Below are positions 49,725 to 61,080 of a stretch of 64,000 bases of DNA, in pieces. How positions within the stretch are numbered: the stretch's first letter is position 1; the number at the start of each line of letters is the position of its first letter. The notes under the pieces are model-generated. The model ran no database searches. It was given only the letters and a program-made list of their open reading frames with translations, and had not been told where the DNA came from. The DNA comes from Octopus sinensis. Its lineage: Eukaryota. The position numbers and the translations under genes were made by a program. The DNA lies in NCBI RefSeq assembly GCF_006345805.1, contig NC_042997.1:159154001-159218000 (forward strand), read 5' to 3'.

Positions 49725-50424
49725 TACTTATACACTTTCACCATATTTCATGTTCAACATGTCTACTAAACACACCCAAAGTACAAAGTAAAATATTACA
49801 ACAAACAAGACTCAAATGACAGCACAAAAATAAACTGTACCATAGAATAAGTAAAAAGAAGGAATTAATGAACAATAGAACAAAAAAAATATTCTGAGCA
49901 GTCTCACAAATAATTTTTAAGTCAACAATAACAACAACAACAATATGTTTACAGAAGGAAATGTGTTAAATTATTGTTATAGTAGTCATATGAAATAGGC
50001 TAGTTTTGCAAAGAAAATAATACATAAGAGTTTTAAAAAGGATGGCAGAGGTATCAAATTACTAGAAAAGAAACAGAACAGGCACTGAATGAAATTTGGG
50101 GAGAAATTTTCTAAAATGCAGCAACAGAAGCAAAGCATTACTGAAGAAGGTTTCTTCAGTTTATTTGTAGCCCATATTCCTTACAAGAACAGCTGTTAAT
50201 TTCTTCCAGAATTTATGTTTAGTTAGTTTTTATTTTTCTTTCTTTTTTTTTTTGTTTGGTCAGTTTTTAGAAATTTTCTGCTGGAATATGACATATTTTA
50301 AGAAGTATCAGCTGTCTTAAGCAATCAATTTCATGATGAGACAAGTATAATTTTGCATTGTTATTACCAGTTCCAATATGCCATGACAAAACACAATGAA
50401 TGGCTTGTTTATGCGTTCAAACAT

Positions 50425-50610
50425 CATGCCAGTGGCATGTAAAAGCACCCACTACACTCTTGGAGTAGTTGGCATTAGGAAGGGCATCCAGCTGTAGAAA
50501 CTTTGCCAGATCAGATTGGAGCCTGGTGCAGCCATCTGGTTCGCCAGTCCTCAGTCAAATCGTTCAACCCATGCCAGCATGGAAAGCGGACATGAAACAA
50601 TGATGATGAT
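50425..50610 (+). mobile_element. RTE-tailed SINE (family D)
   Basis: TGCCAGTGGCATGTAAAAGCACCC...AACCCATGCCAGCATGGAAAGCGGAC...(GAT)n. Confidence 0.85.
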
Positions 50611-52430
50611 GTAATAATATAATATTTACATACATCACTGCTTAACACTCCCACCCCATAATTTGTTTACAGCAAGCTGCCAATTAGTGTTACCAACCGA
50701 TGTACAATTACTGGAATAACATAAAAGAGATTGTCACTCTTAGCTCACGGCACCACCATCCGGTTTCTGTGACTGGAGAGGAGATAACCATTCCAAAATG
50801 CTTGCATCTCACAGTCTTGATAGGTGGTGCTGTGAGCTGATTTAGGTGTTCTTACACCGTTTGTCAACAGCAAGAAATTTTCTCCATGACAAAACATAAT
50901 GAATGGCTTGTTTACAAGTCTGAACGTGCCACCGGCATATTCAAACTAATAATAACATTGCATTTATATACATCACTCCTTAGTGCTCCCACTCTATAAA
51001 GTATAATTTCTACTTCATACATAATCAATAATTAGTCAACAATTAAAAATTGACAAATTATCAAGTATGTATTGTGAAGATATTTTACAAATAAAATATA
51101 TGGCAGACAATGTATATTAAATGTGAAAATAAAGAAAAATCTTTTGAATTGATAAAAGAGAGATGCAGAGTGATGCTGAAGTTGAAAATGATTGCAATAA
51201 TTGGTATGTGAGAAAAAAGTGAATCTATTGTTGTACTACTATTTTCTGTTACCAAGGTGAGCTAATTAGCACTGAATCAATTGATTCTGATAAGCCAAGT
51301 AAAAGGTCTCTACAAGGCTGCTCAACCTATGGTAAATAGTAGACAAATCGCTCTCAGAAAATATACATCTTTAAAAAAGTAGAAAAAAAAAGAACAGAAT
51401 TACAAATTGTATAATATATTCATCGATAAATAAGAATGGAAGGTCATGGGTCAAAGTAAGTTTGCTCACAGATAACCTCAATCAGACATGAACTGTTATT
51501 AAACAGAAGCAAAAATCAATGCTAGAGGTGGTTGCAAAAGAATGATAACAATAATTGTTGTTGCTGTTGTTCTTTAACACCAACATCGTGTCTCCTGATC
51601 AAGTAGACACATGGCCCATAAACAGTTTGGTTCACTGGCTAGGTGTAATCCACAAATTCCTTCATGATATTACATATAATAATAATACTGTGCACTTATA
51701 CATACAGTCTACAGTGATAGTATGTCACTGCTGTTTTTGTTGTTTAGCCCCTGGATAGCTCTGATCAAGCAAACCTATGATCAATGACATTTCAGCTGTG
51801 ACTATCCAACCTTTTTTTGTTCTCAAGCATACTTGATGTAAGACTACATTATCCATTGTACAGAAGAAAAGCCAATAGGAAGGTGTTAATTAGAGTAGAT
51901 CCCAACTTGCCAGGAAGTTCAACTGGTACTTATTGTTGTGGAAGGATGGCAATGGAAAAGAATAGCAGAGGATACTGAGTTATGAAGAATAATGGAGGAG
52001 ACATGGAGGGGACAGAGGAAGGGGGAAAAAATCTCAAAGATTAGTGTAAAAGAGAAGTAGCAGGTTAAGTGTAAAGGATAATGGGGTGGGTTAAAACTAC
52101 TTAAGTAGTAATTCTTTGTTTTGTATTTCTGGTCATTCAAACTATTCCCAATGTACTGTTTCCTAATTATATTTCGATGTGTTTGTGAATATTTTTTCTT
52201 TATATATATAGTAAATCAGTACTTATGCCTTCGTCCTTAGATGATGTTTCAGTGTTTATGCCTGCAAGATGGTTTCAGAGCTTAGCACCTCATTCTTTTG
52301 ATGAGGCCATAAAAACTGAAACAATCTTTCAAATAATAAGATATAAATAAATAAGCATAACATATTCTATCTTTCACTGCACTGGATCTGTTATTTAGAT
52401 CTTTCATTCAATTTTCTTTATTAACACATC

Positions 52431-52464
<34 letters not shown>

Positions 52465-52465
<1 letters not shown>

Positions 52466-52870
52466 GGTAGTGGGTAGCGATTTTCTTCACTACTTCAGGG
52501 AGTGACGACCCTGCCTGACACGAGTCCTGGGCTCAGCTGGCTCTGGCTGACAGTATGTGATACAGGCCTCTATCCAGGGCTACGGAAAGGAGACAACCTT
52601 CAAAGAAATCCGGAGTGGAGCCCTGTATGCGGTTTAGTGTTCGACTCGACACTCTTCTGGCAGCTCCTGCAATCAAGCTTGTGCCAAACGTAATGCTCTG
52701 CACTCCTTTAGACTATGTCAGCAAGGTCAAGAGAGAAATCCAGACAATTGGGCTACCCAGGATTTTCTTACATCTAGCCCAGGCCTGCGCAAGACTGGAG
52801 AGGAAACTGGAGAGAACATGAAATGTAAAAATCGGACTAGATTAGTTTATGTGCAACTCCATTGTCTCCC
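52465..52870 (+). mobile_element. Probable RTE LINE 5' UTR fragment
   Basis: GC-rich block with AAATCCGGAGTGGAGCCC and GGCAGCTCCTGC motifs recalled from RTE 5' ends; not verified by search. Confidence 0.4.
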
Positions 52871-53699
52871 GAGACAAAAGGATGCCAACAATATGTATGT
52901 ATTTGAATTATATATATTTATGCATCTGTGTGTGTGTAGTGTGTATTTGTGCACACAGGCATATAAACACCAACACTAGAGGTAGTTAATATCACATTTC
53001 CTAAGTGACCTAATTAGCTTTAAAGGAGGGTGTTTCAAAAAGATTTGCCAGTGTAAGGAAGATGCAAAAATATTCAGAAACAATTACTTCTGATGGTCAC
53101 AAAGGAATTCTTTCTCTAAGTGTGGGATAGATTGTGTGATGTACGCGTGTATAAAGTCTGATATTGCATGGTAGCAAAAGACTGGAATTGAATGCAAAGG
53201 AAGTGCAAATGCTGGAAGGAAATTGGGCAAGTATGCTATACTGGATGCATAATGGTAGGGTATGTGGACAATGAAGCACAATGAGCCAAGAGAAAAGCTG
53301 AGTATATGAGAAATCAGATGTAATGTGCAAGAAAGGAGACTCTGGTGTGATGCACATGGAGAATGATAGTTGGATAAAGTGGAAGGAAGTTGCAGACAAA
53401 GAGGAGTGAGGAAGACATGAGAATAAGTGATAAAAGCTGATCTCAGGAGGCTGAACCTTATGAAGGCGTTGATAAAGGATTGCAACAAACAAATGTTGAG
53501 ATGCAATACTGATAAGACCTGTTCCACCCATGTAAGCATAGAAAGTTAAATGCAAAATGGCAGTGACAAGGATGATGATGTGGTGATAGCATGTATGTGT
53601 GTGCATGTGCATGTGTATCTTTGCATGTGGAAAAATGGGCATTAAAAGGATGATGATGATGATGATATATATATATATAGATATATAACCATCATCATC

Positions 53700-53960
53700 A
53701 TCGTTTAACGTCCGTTTTCCATGCTGGCATGGGTTGGACGGTTCAACCAGGGTCTGGGAAGCCAGGAGGCAACACCAGGCTCCAGTCTGATCTGGCAGTG
53801 TTTCTACAGTTGGATGCCTTTCCTAATGCCAACCACTCCGTGAGTGTAGTGGGTGTTTTTTACGTGCCAGGGGAGGCTGGCAACGGCCACAATCGGTTGG
53901 TGCTTTTTACGTGCCACTGACACGGAAGCCAGTCAAGGTGGCACTGGCATCGGCCACATA
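53700..53960 (-). mobile_element. Young RTE-tailed SINE (family D)
   Basis: ATCATCGTTTAACGTCCGTTTTCCATGCTGGCATGGGTTGGACGG... Confidence 0.85.
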
Positions 53961-54981
53961 CGGATGGTATAACCATCACTTGCAATTGTGTATGACTTAC
54001 TGGTACAAATAGATTTAGGTGTCCATGTAGTCATGAGCAAACAGACATTCTCTCAACTCTCTGACCTTTGATCTAGCTGTTATATCATGGAACATCCCTA
54101 ATGTAACAACTAGAGAGAATGGGAGTTGCACCAGCCCGGAGCTAGTATTTTCTTTATCAACTCAGAAAGATAGAAAAACAAAGATGATCCAAGGAGAATT
54201 TAAACTCAGAATGTCATCCAATTTACAGAGTGTACTGGGTTCTTTTTTTTATTTTTGTGTTTGTATGTTGCCATGTAAAAAGCACCCAGCACACTCTATA
54301 AAGTGAATGATGTCATGAAGGGCATTCTGCCATAGAATCCTTGCTAAAGTTGACAGTTGAGCTTTGCACAACCTTCTGACTAGCCAACCCCAGTCAAATA
54401 TTCAGACCACATGGCTACCAATGAACTGCCTAATATTTGTGTGCAGGTGTGTGTTTGTGCCTATGCTTGATGGCAGTCTGTCAAACAACTAGCTGCAATA
54501 AACAGTAACAATGTTTCAGATATATTATTCTCTGCCTAACTGAATTCCATACTGTTTACTCAAAAACAGAACAATTAATCACATAGACTGAAGTATTACA
54601 GTCCAGATACTGAACTTCCTATGCATTCAGGTTCCGTACACTTGCTGTTGTTTTTATTATTCCCCCCAAAGCATTTATGATCTGAGTGGTATTTAGTTGC
54701 TATTTCTAACCAGTCAAATGGTTGTGTAGAAGATCCTAATCCAGTCAGATTTGAAGTCAGAGTGCAACGGGACAAAGGTAAACCTTGCAAAGATTTTAGT
54801 TCACAATCAGCCAGTGTCTTCAGAACCAGATTCATGCTTCATTTTATTAACCCTGATGAAATTAAATTTAAACTAAATTCTAACATTATTGAGACAGTAA
54901 CTAGACTTAATCTGCTTCACAGTTTAACACCATTACCTGGTCCTTGGGTGTCTTTAACAGTGTTCACTCTGTTTCAAATAT

Positions 54982-55041
54982 TCAGACCAGGTTTCTAGTT
55001 TGAGGATAAGTTCCTCCCCTTTCTTTAACAGTGTTAGAGGC
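54982..55041 (-). CDS. Candidate short terminal exon (ASNTVKERGGTYPQTRNLV*)
   Basis: Strong acceptor TTTTTCTTTTTCTTTACAAG|G with a phase 0 frame ending in TGA. A frame this short can arise by chance. Confidence 0.25.
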   Translation of the reverse strand, partial: ASNTVKERGGTYPQTRNLV

Positions 55042-55139
55042 CTTGTAAAGAAAAAGAAAAAACCATGGGGTCAAGATTACTGCACTTCCTTCCCTCATTA
55101 AGCAATGAAATGATGATGATGACGATGACGACGACCATC

Positions 55140-55400
55140 AGATCAGACATCAGAAACCGGAAATTGTTGTGGTGAACAAAAAAGCAAAAAAATTGCATGA
55201 TAATAGACATAGCATGTCCCAATGACAACAAGATCAAAGAGAAAGAAGAAAAACTGAACAACTATGACCATTTGAAGTGGGAAATATAAAGGTTGTGGGC
55301 AATGAAGTGAATGGACATGATACCAGTAGTAATTGATATGCTTGGAAGTATCAGTGCTCAACTACCAACACAACTCAGAAAGATTGGTATGACAGAAGAA
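55140..55400 (+). mobile_element. Dong/R4-clade LINE restriction-like endonuclease fragment, copy 1
   Basis: HQKPEIVVVNKKQKNCMIIDIACPNDNKIKEKEEKLNNYDHLKWEI*RLW...IPVVIDMLG matches the PD...D...K pattern. Confidence 0.8.
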
Positions 55401-55503
55401 CAAGCCTTAAGGATGGACTATGTGAAATGCAGAATTGACAACACAACTGAGAGCAACAAACCCAGAATGTGTGGTGAGAGGGGTGAAACAGTATAGCATA
55501 TGC

Positions 55504-55854
55504 ATTATGTACATTATTTACATTCGATGGATATTTGTCCTCATCTTGTTTGTTATTGACACAACATTTCGGCTGATATACCTTCCAGCCTTCTTCAGGT
55601 GTTTTGAGGAAATTTCAAACCTGGGTTCTCATTCCTAAGGTATTTTTCAATGTTGTTGTTATTATTATTATTATTATTGTTTAGGTCACTGCTTGGAATC
55701 AAACTTGGAATCATGGGCTTAGCAGCCTGCGCTCTTAACCACTACACCATATGCCCATTGTGTTAACAACAAACAAGATGAAGACAAATATCCATCGAAT
55801 GTAATTAATGTAAATAATGTACATAATTCCTCATCTCTTAAATATAGAACTGTA
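55504..55854. mobile_element. Second family P1 element: full inverted arm plus a forward fragment starting at the ribozyme cleavage site
   Basis: Minus arm 55504-55756 (tRNA head to tail); forward piece 55759-55854 begins TGTGTTAACAAC and ends with the same tail as 47728-47759; TSD GTATAGCATAT (55491-55501, 55855-55865). Confidence 0.88.
55558..55603 (-). ncRNA. Minimal type I hammerhead ribozyme motif, near intact
   Basis: AACAC-CUGAAGA-A-GGCUG[GAAGGUAUAU]CAGCC-GAAA-UGUU/GUGUC. Confidence 0.7.
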
Positions 55855-56719
55855 GTATAGCATATTGTTAGTGAATGCCCGAAATTGGCACAGCTTGAAT
55901 AGAAAAGATGACATGACAATGTGGCAAGAATGATCCGTTGGGAAAATCAAGGCCTACAAAAAGCATAAATGATATGACCAAACCCCAGAAGGAGTTACTG
56001 AGAATGAAGATTGCAAAATACTGTGGGATGTAATGATTTGGTGTTACCATCAGATGAGACATCATAAAACTTATATTGTTGTGGTGAACAAGAAAGAAAT
56101 CTTGCATGGTAACCAACATAGCATGTCCCAATGACAACACGATCGAAGAAAAATAAGAAAAATTGAGCATCAGTGAATAACTATGATGATTTGAAGTGAA
56201 ACAAATGCAGGTTGTGAGAAATGAAGAGTGGAGATGATACCAATAGTAATTGGAATGCTTGGAAGAATTAAAGCTCAACTATCAACATAGCTGAAAAAGA
56301 TTGGTACAGAAGTAAACATAGAACACCTACAAAAGTCATTGTTGCTTAGAACTGCAAGAGTTGTCTGCAGGGTTCTTGAAGCATGATCAGTAATCAAGTG
56401 TCACCTTAGTCAGCTGGCTGTAGACAGCTGACACTTTCCATCATACCAGCAAAATAAGCTGAAAGTTTTCATCAAATAATAATAATAACTGAAAAGGAAT
56501 TGGAATTGACATGAGGGCAGAACAAACGGAGCCCCACACACATTTACCTTCTAGAAATTGTTACAGGTGGCACAACCTGAGTGTGTGTCTGCACATCAAA
56601 AGTCATGACATACCTAAGTCACTGCAAAGAGGAGGCTGATAGTAGATTCACTGCTTGACCATTGGAATACATCCCTTCCACAATAAAATAAATAAAAGAT
56701 GCTCCAACTTAATCAAGCA

Positions 56720-57290
56720 GTAACTGGGGCAAGGCATTATGGCCAGGCAATAAATGATGACAGAGGCAATGTAGGCATTTGCCACCTCTGCCTGACCTTT
56801 CAGGGACAACTTCCTCTCAGCCCATTTCTAGGAAAGACTGCCTAACCTGTTTGTTACCTTGCCCCAATTTTTATCCACCTGGTGGTCAACACCTAACCAG
56901 ACCTGAAGCAGTTTAACTGGTTTGTCAGTCCAGTGTCTGATGACATCATCCAACAGCATCGATCTCCCTCTCCAGGTGCCCAGTCACAATCCCACTGACT
57001 TGTTGGCATTGATTTTGGCCCCTGCAACTGACTCATATTCTTTTACAAAGGAACTGACCATCTCTGCTTTGAAGGCATCCAACACCATGACAGTGAAGTC
57101 ATGCGTATATACTGACACTGCTCTCCCGAGTCCAATTTTGAAAAGGATGCCTCTTAACTGTTCCAACTTTTGCAACAGTGGCTCAAGAGCCAGCACATAT
57201 AGAAGAGATGACAGTGGACAGTCCTGATGGACCAAACATGTAATGTTCCAATAGGTGGCCATTTACTTTGACCATCTGCTTTAAGGACAG
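56720..57290 (-). mobile_element. Tx1/L1-clade LINE reverse transcriptase fragment
   Basis: VHQDCPLSSLLYVLALEPLL...VSVYTHDFTV...GAKINANKSVGL, continuing WTDKPVKLL...WAERKLSLKGQAEVANAYIASVI. Confidence 0.85.
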
Positions 57291-58692
57291 CTTCCAAGTA
57301 GTGATGATCAACCCCTATCAAAAGCTTTCAACTGATCTATATGAAAATAATAATAGTAGTAGTAGTAGTAGTAGTAGTAATATGCCTTGATGCAATACTA
57401 GGCACTGGTTATCAAGGCTTCTGATCTTAACTGATTGGAAGTGTATCTTGTACATTCTTTGTCTTGGTGTAAAAAGATGGGCTAAAGCAAATATTCTGCT
57501 CAAAACCACAAATTTGCTTGTCAGTTGTTTGACTTTAACCAGTTGAGTAAGTCCCTTGGTGGCTGATGATATGTGCATCTCTGACCACAAACAATAGTTG
57601 GGGAGCACCATAACCATGTGCTGAGAGAAATTCTTTGGGATTTAAATAATTCACTCCTGGAAACATGGGTATTTCATTCATCCTCTTTAAACAACCCTAA
57701 TTCAGGGACCTTTTGAGCAGGATGGGTTACTTGACTTGAAGAAAGTTCTAACTGGACCCCACCTGCAAGGTCAGGCACTATTTATCTTGATATGAAATCA
57801 TAATAACATGCACATCTGGTTGTGATGCATGTACCTGGTATACCTTTATTAGACAGGTAATCATGATGGCCATATTGGGCTTCATGTATTTGTACCCAAG
57901 AGTCAGTTTGATGGTATGCGCTGCTCTCTCACTCAATAATATCTATGACTGTGTTTTCCATTATAGGCACAGGGTCACATTTTTTCAGAGATGGGTGAAG
58001 TCAATTTGTAATTGCCTCCAGTGCTTAACTTCTACATTATTTTATCAGTCATGAAAGAATGAAAACTTTTTATCTGCTGCTTTATAGATTCTGCCATGAT
58101 TAAAAAAAAAAAAATAACCAACACACTAACACATATGCCCATTTTTCCCTTTGTCTTTGTCCAGTGTGTTTATAACAATTTTGGTAATGGGCCCTGTGTC
58201 CAATACTGGGTGTAGAATCCAAAGCAGGCACCTTATACACGCTAGTAAAGACATGCAAAATCCAAATTACATTACGTATGTTTAAGCATGACAGTCATTC
58301 TGTGAGGGGAATTTTGTTGTTGCTATTGTTTGTTTCTTGCTTTTGAATGCATTCTTTAGATCCTGTATAGTCTGGGGCTAAACAACAGAATGAGCCAGTT
58401 TTGTATTGGCATTGATCATTTGTAATCTAAAATTTTAGAACAAAGCTGTCTACTCCAAATGAGTGACTTCCACCACTTCCCCACCACACGTCATTGAAAA
58501 AGCTTCTATATGGTTGCTTGATCAGTCAGAAAGAGCAGGCAGATTTATTTTCAAACCTATTCTCCATAGCAAGTGAGACTAAAGCATAGAAAATTTCATA
58601 TTAAATAAACTGCTAGTAAGAGATTTGAACATGACAGCCCAATGCCATAATCACTAGTCTTGATTGCTTCTATGCAAATATATGCACGCACG

Positions 58693-58723
<31 letters not shown>

Positions 58724-59589
58724 ACACACATACACATGCGTGCACTTTTATTTACTAAAACACAGACATATATATCCCACAAATTCAGAGATTTTTGAAA
58801 TCTTTAAAAACAGAAAATAAAGAGTCTAACAAATAAACATTTCTCTTTTTTTGTCACATTTACAAATTTTTCTTCTGCATATTTCAGACACATCCTTCCT
58901 TCAAACTATACACGTATACAACACACACACACACACACAAGATTTTTTAAAACACTCCATCCATTAAGTAACAGACAGACAAGAAAGACAGTCAGTCCAT
59001 CTGATAAGGTTGGCAAACAATAATAGTAACATGCAATAAAAATAGCTTAATAATACGTTAGTTCAGGCAAATGGTAAATTGAAGAAAAGTGACTAAGTCT
59101 GATGGAAATAAAACTGCAAAATTGATTGATTGTAAAATAAGGAAAACAAATAGAAACAAAGCAACTATGAAGTCAGTAAAATTCTTAATTTGGATGTCTG
59201 GGACAAGAGAGAACGATATATTGATTTTTTTTCTCTTTTTCTTGCTTTTTCTTTAATTTGCTTTTTTGCAAGAGTTAAATCTGGAATGGTGCCTCAAGGT
59301 GAAGAAGAGTAAATATCTTTTAGCTTTGGTTTGTTTGTTTTCCATTATTTGATTTATAATTTTTTTATATAGTTTTTTTTTTTCTGGTAAAATTAATGGT
59401 TAAAACAGAGGAATGGATTTCTTTAATATTTATTCATTTGTTCATTCAACATAATATACATCTACTTTTTTCAATACTAACTATAATTGATTTTCTTTTA
59501 ATTTAGGCCAGTTTCATATTTGTTGTCAATTGTTTTATGGGGTATTTTTTTTTCCTAACTAGAAATCTTTCTTGTTGCTAACCATTCAA

Positions 59590-59907
59590 GCTTCAAATAG
59601 TAACGGAATTTCATTCTCAGTCAAGCAGACTGTGGAAAGTAGAATTATAAACCTTGCCCTGGAGTAGAATATGATGAATGTAGCAAGATCTGATTGAGTT
59701 GTTGACTGATCTATAATGGTCCAGTAACTTAAACTGCAAAAGTAATTCATACTTATTGACATTTTTATCAAATTTTGTGAACAAAACATCATTGGTTATG
59801 TGTTTCCAATACACTAGTAACTGGTTCTCAGCATTTACAGTGGTGAAAGTGAGAAGGAAGTGTCTGCGAAACTTGGACTGGAAGATGTGAAAGTTTGCCA
59901 CATCCAT
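59590..59907 (-). mobile_element. Degenerate mariner transposase N-terminal (HTH) remnant
   Basis: KFRRHFLLTF...VYWKHITNDVLFTKF resembles the mariner HFRHxLLF...VYG...WFxKF pattern; frameshifted. Confidence 0.4.
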
Positions 59908-59931
59908 AGTTTACTTGCTTCGCAGTATATA

Positions 59932-60128
59932 CGAGAGTACTGATAAGTTCCTCGCTTAAGGGTATCGCAAAAGGTCTGGTTGGAGACATAACCTTATGAA
60001 TTCTTTTACAGGGCTTAGAAAAACTGAAGGATCACTGCAATAAGTGTGTGAATCTGAGAATGGAATATGTTGAATAAAATCATAATTAATTGATCCTCCT
60101 GTATTTTCTGTTACCCAAAGCCAGGAAC
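59932..60128 (+). mobile_element. Mariner-derived MITE
   Basis: TA-CGAGAGTACTGATAAGTTCCT left TIR, internal GLEKLKDHCNKCVNLRMEYVE* (mariner C-terminus), partial right TIR AAAGCCAGGAAC. Confidence 0.7.
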
Positions 60129-60879
60129 AGAAAAGTCTTTGGCTTGGGGTAAAATAATGACTCTCCTCATAGGTCACTATTCTCCAATCATTTAAATGAT
60201 TGTCCTTCAATGAAGAGCCCTTATACTATGAAATGGACTATGGTCATCTTGTCACACAGTTGTATGTATCCATCACCATTAGAATCCAATGATGAAAAAG
60301 CAATGCAGCGGTAATTTTAGTGGAAAAAGTCATACCCAATAACAAATTGACAGCTGTAACATTATGGAGTCCCATTCAGTTTTAACCAAATTTACTCACA
60401 AGACATTGATCCGTATGAGGCTGTGGTAGAAGACACTTGCCCAAGATGTTTTGCAGAGGGATCAGAGCTAAATCCATGTAGTTGCAAAACAAATGGCACC
60501 ATGTTTGCACCCATCAATTTAAATGCAAAAATTATTGCTTGGATATCATTGCCATGCTTCAGGATATACTTTTCAAATGATGTATACTTATTTTCCAAGC
60601 CATACTTTTACTCAACCACTTTTTCTCTCCTCAGCTTCAAATTCCTATTTACTTTGTTAAATTCTTCACCCTTAAAGATGGATATATTTCTAGTTGAGCC
60701 TAATATATTCAAATATATTTCATTCATATCTCTCATCCTTTATTTCTAATTCATCCCTGCAATTCTGGGCCATAATATTCTAAGTTTGATCCTGAAAGTG
60801 ATGGTTGTATATGCATAAAATCTATTCTCCCTTCAACCCCATTCTCTTTTCTTATCTGGATCCCAGCCATAAAGGCTTC

Positions 60880-61080
60880 CAGTTTTAAGCTCACAGTTCC
60901 TTTAAATCCATCAACTTCTTAAACTCATCTGATCTCCCATCAGCTATATGACTATCTCACCAACAGTATTAAAAACCAATCTCACAACCTGTCTCTCTAG
61001 AGTCATTATCCTTGGCTACTTCAATGTAGACAACTTTGCCTGACTCTAACACTCTCCCACTAACAACAATGTAAAGAGTG
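60880..61080 (+). mobile_element. CR1-like endonuclease fragment
   Basis: LYDYLT...RVIILGYFNVDN resembles the ILGDFNVH motif. Confidence 0.45.

Larger units (their letters stand above)
55405..56489 (+). mobile_element. Dong/R4-clade LINE 3' end, copy 2, interrupted by a P1 element
   Basis: Removing the insert plus one TSD copy gives RMCGERGETV*HIVSECPKLAQLE*KR*HDNVARMIRW (CCHC knuckle plus RHD motif), then ENEDCKILWD. Ends in (TAA)n at about 56476-56489. Confidence 0.85.

Noticed and set aside
54596-54998. Overlapping ORFs of 78-79 aa on both strands
   Set aside because: Bounded by stops with no consistent splice sites and no recognisable domain.
59273-59308. 36-nt plus-strand micro-exon candidate (VKSGMVPQGEE) and a nearby ANGKLKKSD* frame
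   Set aside because: Long T tracts are common here, the donor GTAAAT is mediocre, and no plus-strand gene model links them.
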